Positions 28,085 through 38,017 of a stretch of 64,000 nt of DNA are shown here, piece by piece. Source of the DNA: Candidatus Acidiferrum sp. GTDB taxonomy: Bacteria; Acidobacteriota; Terriglobia; Acidiferrales; UBA7541. Positions within the stretch are counted from its first letter, which is position 1; the number at the start of each line of letters is the position of its first letter. Below the pieces are notes generated by a model that saw only the letters and a program-made list of their open reading frames with translations, was not told the DNA's origin and made no database searches. A program made the translations under genes and the position numbers. The stretch spans positions 7,765-71,764 of the forward strand of contig DATFZQ010000068.1 in assembly GCA_035314345.1 (NCBI GenBank). Direction: 5' to 3'.

Positions 28085-30358
28085 TTATTTCAATTCGTGC
28101 ACATACGCGAGACGGACCGGCTCTGTTGGAATTGGTTTAAAAGGATTTCCGACCAAGACGTCCTGCTCTTCTTCGACGCTGATTTCCCAAGATACATAAC
28201 TGATCTTTAAGGAGGACATCGTTCGCTGAAGCATGCGGACGGTTTGCACGACCGTCATGACATCTTGAATGGCAGAGATTGCGCCAATTCCGCCCATGCC
28301 CATGCTCATGCCGGCGTTCGCGATGTTCATCCCGAGCCTGAACTTTTCGCCCCCCGTGAGACCTTCAGCACCGAGCTCGGTGTCTTCCAATCCGGGGTAG
28401 CGCGCAAACAGGCGCGCGTAATCGTTTGAGAATCTTCGCGCGAACGGACCCGCTTCTTTGGGCGCAGTAAACGCGATGGCGAGAGGAGAGACCGCGTAGG
28501 TGTCGTGTTCCAGCTTGAAAAGGATTAGACCATCTTTCGTTTCCACTTTTTTGATGTCGGAAAGTCTGAATGCGAAATCCTCGAAGTTGAGGGCGCGTGA
28601 AGCCTGGGCTTCGATGACGAGGTCTCCCAAACCGTCCTGGCCCGCCTTGCGGGAGGGGGGCTTGGCCGCACCATTTTTTTCATACGAGGCGAGAAAAATG
28701 AAGCGAATGTGATCGCGGCTGAGCTCGCACTTAACCGGGCGATCGAGATTGTGACCTCGCACCTCGGCGTAAAAGGAAACGGGCAGGTGCTGACTCGAGA
28801 CGGCGTCATACGCGCGAATCGCGGCGCGCCCGTCGAGCGCTTGCAAATAGACGAGCGCCATCAACTCATTGGCCTCCGCCGCAAGAGGAAACAGTGCAAG
28901 GGCCGTTTGTAGATGCTGCGCAGCCTCGGCGATTTGTTGCTGCGCGTAAGGAAGCGGGACCGTAAATCCGCCCAGTATCTTGGAAGCGTTTCCCTTTTTG
29001 TACTTGCCGCGGTGGGCGCGCAAAGCGGAGCGATTTTCGAGCCCATTAAAAGTAAGGTTCATCGAACGATTCAACAGATTCGCGATGATGTCTTCGGCCT
29101 CCGAAACTTCGTCGTCATACTTCTCTCGTTTGGCATCCAGAATTCCAAGATGAAAATCGGCACGCTTTTGCGCTTCCGGGTCGGTCCCCAACTCACGGCA
29201 GCGAGTGAACTGCTTACGAGCCTCCGCGATATTGCCCATGGCCTCCTGAAGCAAACCTAGCTTCCAACGCGTGAGAGGGAAATCTGGCAGCAAATCCGCA
29301 GCCTTCGCGTAGGCGATGAGAGCGCCGTCGTATTGGGATTCCTCGATGGAACGTTCCGCAGTGGCGTATAGCGCACGAACCTGGACTCCCGATTGGGTGG
29401 GCAAAGCCTTGAGCACATCTAGTTCTACGATGCGTTGTTTGACCCTGGCGGCGTCGAGCGCATTCGGAGAGAGCTCCAGGTAGCGCCGCAGAAAGCGCAT
29501 CGCTTCGTCGGGACGATTGTTATCCTCCGCGCAATTCGCGAGATCGAAAACGGCTGCTGGGCTGTTGGCAAGAGCTTCTTTTAAAGCTTGCAGAGCGCTG
29601 CATGCACTTGAGAAACGGCTCGACTTTCCGTTGCGCCCTGGATCGGTGGCTGCAAATTTCGTCGTCCCGCCGCGCACGGACGCTGTAACATCGGGAGTGT
29701 TGCCTTCCATCAGGACCTCCTCATCTCCCAGTTCATCTTCGGCGGAAGCACCGTTTCCAAGAGTCTCGGCAAGGTGGTCAAACAGCTCGATCTGTTTCTT
29801 CGCGGAGTCGCTCTGCTGCGCGACTGTTTCCGCGGTGATGAAAGTTGTGCGCGTTTGGCTAAGCCTCGCGCGAAGTTTCGGCGCCCCGGCTCCGGCGATG
29901 GCCTGATCCAGATAATCCACAGCCTTCTGGCGTTCGCCAAGCTGGTTGTACGAAAGCGCCAAGTCATAAGCCAAAACAGGCCGGAATGCTTGCAGATTCC
30001 AGGCTTCTTCGAGAGCTTGCGCCGCTTCCTTATATTTTCCAGCCTCGTACAATTTCTGTGCTGCGGCAACCGCCGCTCTAGCGCTAGTTTTCAGCGTATC
30101 ATCCAGCCGCGAGACGGCCTGGGACGCGTCGTTCAGCTCAATGTAGCCGAGAGACTCGGCATACTTCAGACGAGCCTCCACCAATTTGCCTGACTTTTCG
30201 AGTGATTTGCCCTCTTCGTTCAAAGCTTTCGCGGCGGCTTCCAACTCCTTTTTTTGAGATTTTTGCAGGTCATCGGCGGCTGTAAGTAGCGGAAGGGCAA
30301 GAATGGCAAGAAGAAAAAATGACGCGCATTGCTTCGCCTTCGCAATGACAATACTCAT
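28085..30358 (-). CDS. Exported TPR repeat protein
   Basis: Signal peptide (FFLLAILALPLLTAA) and several TPR-like helices. Confidence 0.75.
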   Translation of the reverse strand: MSIVIAKAKQCASFFLLAILALPLLTAADDLQKSQKKELEAAAKALNEEGKSLEKSGKLVEARLKYAESLGYIELNDASQAVSRLDDTLKTSARAAVAAAQKLYEAGKYKEAAQALEEAWNLQAFRPVLAYDLALSYNQLGERQKAVDYLDQAIAGAGAPKLRARLSQTRTTFITAETVAQQSDSAKKQIELFDHLAETLGNGASAEDELGDEEVLMEGNTPDVTASVRGGTTKFAATDPGRNGKSSRFSSACSALQALKEALANSPAAVFDLANCAEDNNRPDEAMRFLRRYLELSPNALDAARVKQRIVELDVLKALPTQSGVQVRALYATAERSIEESQYDGALIAYAKAADLLPDFPLTRWKLGLLQEAMGNIAEARKQFTRCRELGTDPEAQKRADFHLGILDAKREKYDDEVSEAEDIIANLLNRSMNLTFNGLENRSALRAHRGKYKKGNASKILGGFTVPLPYAQQQIAEAAQHLQTALALFPLAAEANELMALVYLQALDGRAAIRAYDAVSSQHLPVSFYAEVRGHNLDRPVKCELSRDHIRFIFLASYEKNGAAKPPSRKAGQDGLGDLVIEAQASRALNFEDFAFRLSDIKKVETKDGLILFKLEHDTYAVSPLAIAFTAPKEAGPFARRFSNDYARLFARYPGLEDTELGAEGLTGGEKFRLGMNIANAGMSMGMGGIGAISAIQDVMTVVQTVRMLQRTMSSLKISYVSWEISVEEEQDVLVGNPFKPIPTEPVRLAYVHELK

Positions 30359-30562
30359 GGGTTCGGACTCCGTCGGTAACCCGGGTCGACCGTAGGGAAA
30401 TACTCTGAGGGAGAGATAGCACACTAAATAGTGCAACTCAAGGACGAGACGCGCGTCAAGCGTGCTTCGAAAGACTCAGGTCACAGGGTAGATAGGAGAT
30501 CTCTCTGCTCACGTCTGGCGCAATTCCTATCTCGGAGTGCACCTGACTTATCTTGTTGGCGA

Positions 30563-31987
30563 TTAGAACTCGACATGCAGCCGCAGGGTCGGCACCAGCA
30601 CAGGCCCGCGGTCGCGGTTGTAACCGGGGTTGTTGATATGCTGCAGCCCGAAGGCCGGGTAGATCCCGCGCCAGGCGTGGAGGGTGTAATAAGTTTCGAC
30701 GATGTTTTCCCGGCCATAGTTCAGGCGGCCGTCACCTAGCAAGAAACCATCTCCGCCCAGTGCCAGATATTCCGCGTGGTCGTGCGAAATTCCGTTGGAC
30801 ACGAAAACAACGCCGGCGCGGTCCCATTTACGACGCCAAAGCGATCCTTTGAAAGCCACTCCAATCTGATCCGTTTGATCCACTTCTGTATACGCGTAAG
30901 ACTCGTGCTGTCCTTCGTTCCATCCCCAGCGCCCGAAGACGCCCAGCCAGTCGTTTAGAGGCTGCTCGAAATTGATGCCAAAGCCGTATTTGATCGTCGT
31001 TTGAAGCGGGTGGTCGGTGATTTCCGGCTTCGGTGTACGGCCCGCGAGAAAATTGTCGATAGCCTGCTGGTAATCGCCCATGTTCGCGTGATTCACGTAG
31101 GAGAGCAGACGAAGCACGCCTGTTTGACCGCGTATGGTCTTCCTGTGGAATTCGAACTCGACATTCTCCGCCCTGGCGCGGGCCATGTCCGCGTCCAGAT
31201 TAATTCCGTTGGCTACTTTGGGCATCAACGCTTCAGCAAACCGCACCGTCCACGAATGGTCGTGATACTCGATCATTGCGCCAAATGTGAAACCCCGTGT
31301 GTCAGCCGCGTAGTCATAGGCCCCATTGTTGTCGACAGTCCAATTCATGAACTGAAAATTGGTGTCACTGCCGTAGTCGTTCAGATCGAAGAAATCAACC
31401 ATGCTGAACTTGCCAAAGCGAAACTCAAACCGCCTTTCGGGGAGCGAGCTGAAGAGTGACAATGGCGTGCGCGAAGAACCTTCCCTCCCGCTGCTCAACG
31501 GAATGATCTGATGCCACATCAATCGCGCAACGTATGGCGATTTGCTTAAGCTAGTGTTTCTCACAACATCGAGATTCGTGATACCCCCAAGCCCCAGCGC
31601 TTCGCTGATTCCGTGCCCGCCGGCTTCCTGAATGTCGCAAAGCAACTCGCTCGTGTTGGAAAGCCGGAGCCCGGTGAAAAGGGTCAGCACGCGTGAGGTG
31701 GCATCTTGCGCCCCTGGAGTCAGGCTGTTGGGCCCTTGATACGGCGAATGGAACGCCGGATGCCACTGCGAGATGATGTTGGCTTGCCCGGACAGCCAGA
31801 GCCAGCTCCACTCTTGGTGTGGAAACATGATTGGAAAAGGGTCGGATGTTGGTGAGGGCGCGGCGTCACCTGGAGGATTCTGCTGAGCCGGGACACTGTC
31901 TTGTGCGACCGCTGCCGGCACACCGAAGGCGAAAGCCATCAGCCAGGCGAACGCAGGAAAAGCCAATCGTGGGGCGAATCGTCGCAT
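30563..31987 (-). CDS. OprB-family carbohydrate porin (MnoP-like)
   Basis: Signal peptide, FGKFSMVDFFD, GAYDYAADTRG, NPGYNRDRGPV, C-terminal Phe. Confidence 0.85.
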   Translation of the reverse strand: MRRFAPRLAFPAFAWLMAFAFGVPAAVAQDSVPAQQNPPGDAAPSPTSDPFPIMFPHQEWSWLWLSGQANIISQWHPAFHSPYQGPNSLTPGAQDATSRVLTLFTGLRLSNTSELLCDIQEAGGHGISEALGLGGITNLDVVRNTSLSKSPYVARLMWHQIIPLSSGREGSSRTPLSLFSSLPERRFEFRFGKFSMVDFFDLNDYGSDTNFQFMNWTVDNNGAYDYAADTRGFTFGAMIEYHDHSWTVRFAEALMPKVANGINLDADMARARAENVEFEFHRKTIRGQTGVLRLLSYVNHANMGDYQQAIDNFLAGRTPKPEITDHPLQTTIKYGFGINFEQPLNDWLGVFGRWGWNEGQHESYAYTEVDQTDQIGVAFKGSLWRRKWDRAGVVFVSNGISHDHAEYLALGGDGFLLGDGRLNYGRENIVETYYTLHAWRGIYPAFGLQHINNPGYNRDRGPVLVPTLRLHVEF

Positions 31988-32136
31988 CTCTAACTTTATC
32001 CTTGGCCCCGGCATCCGCCGGTGACGGTTCTGCCCAGGCAACAAATACGGCAGAATAAATGGCCGTCCATTACAGGCTGATAAACGCGGGACCCGCGATG
32101 AAGCCCAAACGAATCAGTTGAAGTGCCATGAGACTT

Positions 32137-32150
32137 TGCACTACTGTGCA
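32137..32150. promoter_or_regulatory. TGCA-N6-TGCA palindrome, possible BoxR-type site
   Basis: TGCAC-TACT-GTGCA; reverse complement is 12/14 identical to 18806-18819. Confidence 0.4.
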
Positions 32151-32186
32151 GGTAGCCATTGCAGTTCGGGCCAAAGCCTTGATACC

Positions 32187-32203
32187 ATACCCCCATAGGG
32201 TAT
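32187..32203. promoter_or_regulatory. CsoR/RcnR-type operator overlapping promoter
   Basis: ATACCC-CCATA-GGGTAT palindrome with C-tract, between TTGATA (32179) and TATACA (32201). Confidence 0.75.
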
Positions 32204-32212
32204 ACAAGCCAA

Positions 32213-32479
32213 ATGTCACACACCTCTCGCGAAAAACTCGATCTCGTCACCCGCACCAAGAAAGTCATCGGCCAGCTCGAAAGCGTGCTTCGCGCCCTTA
32301 ACGAAGATGAGCCCTGTGCCGATGCGCTGCAGCGCCTGGCTGCCGCTCGCGGCGCCATCAACAGCCTTATGGGCGAGCTGATGGAAGACCACATTCGAAA
32401 CCACATGCCGCGAAATTCAAAATCTTCGGAAGAGGCCGCTGACGACGTCATTCAAATCGTGCGAACTTATCTGAAGTGA
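32213..32479 (+). CDS. CsoR/RcnR family metal-sensing repressor (RcnR/DmeR-type)
   Basis: MSHT N-terminus with His3, Cys35, His60, His64 pattern. Confidence 0.85.
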   Translation: MSHTSREKLDLVTRTKKVIGQLESVLRALNEDEPCADALQRLAAARGAINSLMGELMEDHIRNHMPRNSKSSEEAADDVIQIVRTYLK

Positions 32480-32574
32480 CGCAAAAGTCGGTCGCGTTCG
32501 TGGCCGTTTTTCTGTATCTTCCGTACACCCACGTCTTGAGGAAGCGAATCCAAGGCTGGAGGGAGATTCTCGCG

Positions 32575-33159
32575 GTGACACGATTGTTCGCAAGTTTGCT
32601 GTTTGCAGCCTTTCTCTGCGCGCCAGCATTGAGAGCCCAGGCCGGCCCGCAGGATGGCGGGCATGATCTACAAATATGGACCGGCGGCGGCCACGGACTG
32701 AATGGAAGCACCGCGAGCAGCGGCGTATGGAATGTCGGATTACGTTACGGCTGGATTTTGACCCCGCCGGTGGGACCGGGGGTTTTGCGGGGTCAATTCG
32801 AATACGCGGTGGATGTTGTGCCCGTGTTTATGGTGGTCCAGCGCGGGAGCACCGCTTACGGCTTCGGTCTAAATCCCTTCGCGCTGAAATGGAATTTTAC
32901 AAAGCCGCGCAAGGTCGTTCCCTACTTCGAACTGGGCGGCGGCACACTCTTCACGAATGACAATGTCCCTCCGGGGACTTCGCGGGTAAATTTCACATCG
33001 AGCGGCGCTCTGGGTCTGCACTTTCTGCGAAGCAAATACAATTTTAGCGCCGAGCTTCGCTTCATGCACATCTCTAACGCCTCTCTTGCCAATCTGAATC
33101 CTGGGATAAATACTCTGCAACTGCGCCTCGGCTTTGGGCGATTTACTCATCCGAATTAG
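32575..33159 (+). CDS. PagL-like acyloxyacyl hydrolase beta-barrel
   Basis: Signal peptide from GTG 32575; VNFT, HISNASL..NPGIN motif. Confidence 0.75.
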   Translation: MTRLFASLLFAAFLCAPALRAQAGPQDGGHDLQIWTGGGHGLNGSTASSGVWNVGLRYGWILTPPVGPGVLRGQFEYAVDVVPVFMVVQRGSTAYGFGLNPFALKWNFTKPRKVVPYFELGGGTLFTNDNVPPGTSRVNFTSSGALGLHFLRSKYNFSAELRFMHISNASLANLNPGINTLQLRLGFGRFTHPN

Positions 33160-33287
33160 CATGTGCTCTCGGAGAGCGGTATGATGGAGGCTGTCCAACC
33201 TATTTAAGTATCGTAATTCACAGGAAGCTAAGGTCCTTTTTTGGAATAAATCCGAAGTAGAACAGGTATAAAGCCGAGGGGTAAACC

Positions 33288-33845
33288 ATGAACATGAAAA
33301 TGGCGAAAATTGAGGTTGGAGCGCTGCTGCTGGTGGTATTGGGCTTGGGAATCCGCGGATTGCGCGCAGACGACAAAGCGCCTGCCGTTGGGACGCCCGC
33401 GCCGGACTTTACGCTGAATTCGCAAGAGTCTAAGCCGGTTAGCCTGCATGATTTCAAGGGCAAGTGGGTGGTGCTCTATTTTTACCCTAAGGATTTTACG
33501 AGCGGTTGCACGGTGGAAGCCCACAACTTCCAGCGCGACTTGGCTCAATACGAGCAAAAGCACGCGGTAATCGTCGGTGTCAGCGTGCAGGATGAGGATT
33601 CTCACCAGAAGTTCTGCACCAAAGAAGGGCTCAGCTTCAAGCTTCTCGCCGACACCAAGACAGAAGTTTCCGCGCAGTATGACTCGGTGATGAATTTTGG
33701 CGTCGTTAAGGTCTCTGCGCGCCACACGTTCCTAATCGATCCAGAGGGCGTCGTCCGCAAAGTCTATCTCGACGTCAAACCACAGCAGCACAGCGAGGAA
33801 GTACTTGCAGCGCTCACGGAGTTGCAGGGCGGCGCAGCCAAGTAA
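33288..33845 (+). CDS. bcp: Peroxiredoxin (BCP/PrxQ) with signal peptide
   Basis: YFYPKDFTSGCTVEA, KFC, RHTFLIDP. Confidence 0.85.
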   Translation: MNMKMAKIEVGALLLVVLGLGIRGLRADDKAPAVGTPAPDFTLNSQESKPVSLHDFKGKWVVLYFYPKDFTSGCTVEAHNFQRDLAQYEQKHAVIVGVSVQDEDSHQKFCTKEGLSFKLLADTKTEVSAQYDSVMNFGVVKVSARHTFLIDPEGVVRKVYLDVKPQQHSEEVLAALTELQGGAAK

Positions 33846-34349
33846 GTTTGGAGCTCTCATGTCGACACCGAGAGCGCTCCCCGACGAGGCGTGCTTGCCC
33901 ATAGCGGCGCCTTTCAAGAAGCATTTGCAACAAGCAGTTTTGCGGGCCAGGCTCTAGCGATTCGGCAAGACACTAAGTCCCTGCACGAACATTTACGATT
34001 CGTCCGCTGTGACAAGCGTCAGATCATAGACCTTTGCTGTCGCAACCAGAAACCTGTTCGCCGAGTCGGCGTGGCCCAGAATCGTGTAGCGTAACTCGTG
34101 CGCCACTTCCCATCTGATTGACAAGTGCTTTGTGCCCATTCAATTCTTGTTATATTGTAAGAACCATTCCGCAAAATCCCTATCGAGCTCAATTCGTTTC
34201 TTCTCCAGTAGCATAATCATTTCCCAGATGCTGACCGGTGACAGGAAACTAGTCTGACCATGGTCGTATTGCTACTATTCCTCCCTCTAAACTCTGTGCC
34301 CCTAGACTTCGCAGCAACAAAGCGATTCCAACTTCGGAGGAGGTCGAAG

Positions 34350-34669
34350 ATGATGGTCAGCCGTTCACGCTCAGTCTCCAGGTTCGTTTTAATAACCCTC
34401 ACACTCGTCGCACTCTGCTTCATCGCCAATGCGGCCGGAATGGCTCAGACCCTGCCCGTCACCACCGAAATTCCCAAGACCCCTCTCATGGACAACGGCG
34501 CACCGCCGCCATGCGCCACTTCGGCCACGGCGGCGGCGCCCCAGGCATGAACGGCGACCTCCAAATCTTTCCCCTAAGCGGCTACGTCATCGTGGTGCTA
34601 TCGAACCTCGATTCGCCCGCAGCCAGCCGCATCTCGGATTTCATCGTGAACCGCTTGCCCGCGAGCTAG
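34350..34669 (+). pseudogene. Internally deleted serine hydrolase (beta-lactamase family)
   Basis: GGAGGAGG SD and signal peptide, joined out of frame to C-terminal HFGHGGGAPGMNGDLQIFPLSGYVIVVLSNLDSPAA..RLPAS* (34511-34669); SxxK core missing. Confidence 0.7.
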
Positions 34670-35027
34670 CCCCTCGTCCGCTCAGGGGCACAACAAGTGC
34701 CGTTGTCCCAAGTTTAGGTTCTATACCCCGCAAACTCAGCATTTCACTCTAGTTCCGCTCGAGTTCATGTTGGAGGACAGTTCTTTTGCGTCCGCAGAGA
34801 ACAAATCACCTCCAAATCCGTCTATTGCATATAACGGGGCGTCGTCCTTTCGATGGGGGGAATGAGAATTCTTCATTTGACTTGGCTGGGATTCCATGCA
34901 GAATCCCTCTCAATTCTTACAGATAGCGTCTCGTGGTCGGACTTAGGATCGAGTTTGGGGGGAAGGCTGTCGGCTCGCGATTTTGGGTCAGGGCAATCTG
35001 CTCGATTGATGAATTCTAGGAGGCGCA

Positions 35028-37892
35028 ATGAAATACCGCATCTTGTTTATATTCGTTTTAGTTTTCTTTTTACCCGCAATCCTTTCTGCACAAATTGCTG
35101 TCACCGGCAAAATCACTGGCGTGGTGACCGATTCCTCGGGTGGGGCTGTTGCCAACGCAACGGTAACAGTCAAAAGCACGGCTCTTATGTCCCCCCGCAC
35201 AATCGGCACAAGCTCCGATGGCGCTTATCTATTTGACCTGCTGCCTCCCGGTACCTATGACGTGACCGTCACTGCGACCGGCTTCCGCACCGTCACCCAA
35301 ACTGGTGTTGTCCTCACCGCTGGATTTACCGCGACGGTGAACCCTAAGCTGCAAGTCGGTGAAGTCACCCAGACGGTACAAGTGGAGGGCGAGCCGGTCA
35401 TAGACCTGCAGAGCGCTCAGACCTCCACGACGTTCGATCAAACCTTGTTGCAGGATATCCCCAGCGGCCGCGATCCTTGGTCAACCGTTGCCCAGATGCC
35501 AGGAGTCACATCCAGCACATTCGATGTGGCAGGCGACAATAGTTATCAGCAGTCTGCCATGCAAATACACGGAAGTACTCAGGCAGAGCAAATCTATAGT
35601 TTCAATGGTCTGGATTTGAACTGGCCGGGGTCAAACGGCGGCTATACGCAATTCTATACCAACCATGACTCCTTCGACGAGTTCCAGGTTGTAGCCGATA
35701 ACGCGCCCGCTTCCGTTCCTATCGGTGGCGTGTACATGAACATGGTGACGAAATCGGGGTCAAACGAGCTTCACGGCCAGGCAGTCATCTATTATCTGAC
35801 CGCAGCCACTCAGGCAGGCGTCAAGTTCCCTACTTTCGATGGCAGCCCGGTCAAGTCGGGTTCGCCCTTTGACAGCACCATGGACACCACCGCCAGCCTC
35901 GGTGGACCTATTATCAAAAACAAGTGGTGGCTCTTCGGCTCCTATCGCCGCTACGACCTGCGCCAAGAAATCCTTTCCGTCACCGATCAGGCCGGCAGCC
36001 CCGTCGTGGACGTCAACCACCAGACCAACACTGACCTCCGCAGCGACTTCCAGGTCAACTCCAAGAACAAGTTCAGCTTCATCTGGCTCTACAACGAACA
36101 GAACCGCTTTTTCCGCCGCGACACGGCCTATTCCTTTGTCACTCAAGAAGCTAGCTGGCTGCAGATTGAGCCCGCCTACATTCTGCAGGGCCTTTGGACC
36201 AGCCAGGTCACCAACAACCTCATTCTGGATTTTCGCGTCGGCTACAACAAAATCGTCTTTCCTCTCAGCTATCAGCCCGGGGTGACTTCGTCTGACCTCA
36301 ACATCCAGAACGTCGCGAACTCCACCGAGACTGGTGCTGCGCCTTATGCATTTGCAAATCCCGCGTGGGTCTTAAAGTGGACCGCCGGTGGTTCCTGGTA
36401 CAAATCCAATTGGGGTGGCACGCACAACTTCCAGTTTGGTTTCGAGTGGGGCAAGAGCTACAACTCATACGTCTACAACGTCAATCAAGGAATCAACGTT
36501 CTTTTTAATGGGACGAATCCGGCGACCAATCAGCCTATCCCCTATCAGGTGCTGGCTTACAACACGCCCACCACCCAAAAGAACTACTTCCGCGATACCA
36601 GCTTCTTTCTCCAAGACACCTGGAATATCAAGCGGCGGCTAACGCTGAATCTTGGACTGCGTTACGACAACTTCCGCACCTATTACCCTGTTCAGCAGAG
36701 TAATCCCAATGAAACCTTTCCACAGCTCTTTCCGATTACCACTTACGCAGCCTCTGGGAATCTGGTGGATTGGAACAATGTTTCTCCCCGCATTGGCGTG
36801 GCTTACGATCCGACTGGCAAGGGAACTTCCGTCATACGTTTCGGCTTTGGCATCTACTACATCATGCAGGGCACCGGATTGGCGGAAACCGCCAACCCCG
36901 TGGGCCTCTCCGGCAAGTACTACGCCTGGACTGACACCAACGGTGATGGCATTCCCCAACAGAATGAATGGCTTCCCCAGGGCGCTGCCACTAATCCCGT
37001 AAGTGAGTTTGGCGGCTCCAGCACCCACATCAATCCCAATATGAGCCGTCCTTATTCCGAAGAAATAAGCGCCGGCTATGAGAAACAAATCTGGCGTGAC
37101 CTACGCCTTGGCGTCACCTACTACTACCGCACGAAGAAGAACTTGATCGGCATTGAGAACGCAGCAGTGCAAGAATCCGATTACGTGCCGGTCTCGGGGT
37201 TCACAAACCCCGTCACGAACCAGCCACTGACCCTTTACAGTTTCCAGCCTGCTAATCCGGCGCTCTATGGCGCATTCAACTATGTGGTCACGAACATTCC
37301 GCTGTTGAACAACAATTCGTACAACGGCGTCGAGATCACTGCCGTCAAGCGCCTCTCTCACAAATGGCAAATTCTTGGTGGCTTCACTATCCAACGCCAG
37401 AAAGGTGTCTACGGCCGAGGATTTTCCGATGAGGCCACGAGCGACAACTTCACCGATCCCAACTTCGATATCAACCGCTTCAACAACTACCTCAACTTGG
37501 ATGCTACCTATGTTTTCAAGGTGGATAGCACTTACGAGCTGCCTTGGAAAATTGGCACCAGTATCAATTTCCAGCACTACACCGGATACCCTCTGCAGCC
37601 CACGGATACCTTCAACGTGCCAAACGGTCAGGGCGTAAACGTGGGGGAATCTGTCATCCTGCAGCCCGCAGGAATCCTGCGTCTGCCCAGCGTCAACATG
37701 CTCAACCTACGCCTCTCGCGCGAATTTGCTATCCGCGAAAAGTGGCGCCTGATCCCCACGGTGGATTTCTTCAACGCGACCAACGCGCAAACGGTCATCG
37801 GAGAGGTCACCACTGCCGGTTCGAGCTACTTGTACCCTTACAGCACCATCAACCCGTTCGTGACTCGCTTCGGCCTCCGCTTTACGTTCTGA
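35028..37892 (+). CDS. TonB-dependent receptor (Oar-like)
   Basis: Signal peptide, GKITGVVTDSSG N-domain, TKSGSNELHG, LNLGLRYD, SPRIGVAYD, C-terminal GLRFTF. Confidence 0.9.
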   Translation: MKYRILFIFVLVFFLPAILSAQIAVTGKITGVVTDSSGGAVANATVTVKSTALMSPRTIGTSSDGAYLFDLLPPGTYDVTVTATGFRTVTQTGVVLTAGFTATVNPKLQVGEVTQTVQVEGEPVIDLQSAQTSTTFDQTLLQDIPSGRDPWSTVAQMPGVTSSTFDVAGDNSYQQSAMQIHGSTQAEQIYSFNGLDLNWPGSNGGYTQFYTNHDSFDEFQVVADNAPASVPIGGVYMNMVTKSGSNELHGQAVIYYLTAATQAGVKFPTFDGSPVKSGSPFDSTMDTTASLGGPIIKNKWWLFGSYRRYDLRQEILSVTDQAGSPVVDVNHQTNTDLRSDFQVNSKNKFSFIWLYNEQNRFFRRDTAYSFVTQEASWLQIEPAYILQGLWTSQVTNNLILDFRVGYNKIVFPLSYQPGVTSSDLNIQNVANSTETGAAPYAFANPAWVLKWTAGGSWYKSNWGGTHNFQFGFEWGKSYNSYVYNVNQGINVLFNGTNPATNQPIPYQVLAYNTPTTQKNYFRDTSFFLQDTWNIKRRLTLNLGLRYDNFRTYYPVQQSNPNETFPQLFPITTYAASGNLVDWNNVSPRIGVAYDPTGKGTSVIRFGFGIYYIMQGTGLAETANPVGLSGKYYAWTDTNGDGIPQQNEWLPQGAATNPVSEFGGSSTHINPNMSRPYSEEISAGYEKQIWRDLRLGVTYYYRTKKNLIGIENAAVQESDYVPVSGFTNPVTNQPLTLYSFQPANPALYGAFNYVVTNIPLLNNNSYNGVEITAVKRLSHKWQILGGFTIQRQKGVYGRGFSDEATSDNFTDPNFDINRFNNYLNLDATYVFKVDSTYELPWKIGTSINFQHYTGYPLQPTDTFNVPNGQGVNVGESVILQPAGILRLPSVNMLNLRLSREFAIREKWRLIPTVDFFNATNAQTVIGEVTTAGSSYLYPYSTINPFVTRFGLRFTF

Positions 37893-38017
37893 CCGAAGCA
37901 GTTATATTTGACTTGAAATCGTTCTTCCCTGCTCGGCGGGTTGGGTGATACTTTCGCCCCACCCGCCGGACTTGTTTCGCGGAACGCATATTTTTTCAAA
38001 GCTCTTGAGGGGGCCCA

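Noticed and set aside
31988-32180. Metal riboswitch or sigma54 promoter upstream of the porin
   Set aside because: No yybP or NiCo consensus recognisable by eye; TGGCAC is followed by GA, not GC, at -12. An Infernal search would settle it
33860-34260. ORF 33891..34094 or a toxin-antitoxin remnant
   Set aside because: No recognisable motif or SD in any frame I could read
34861-34877. Fur box before the TonB receptor (AATGAGAATTCTTCATT)
   Set aside because: Only one good half-site and the spacing does not fit the 7-1-7 consensus
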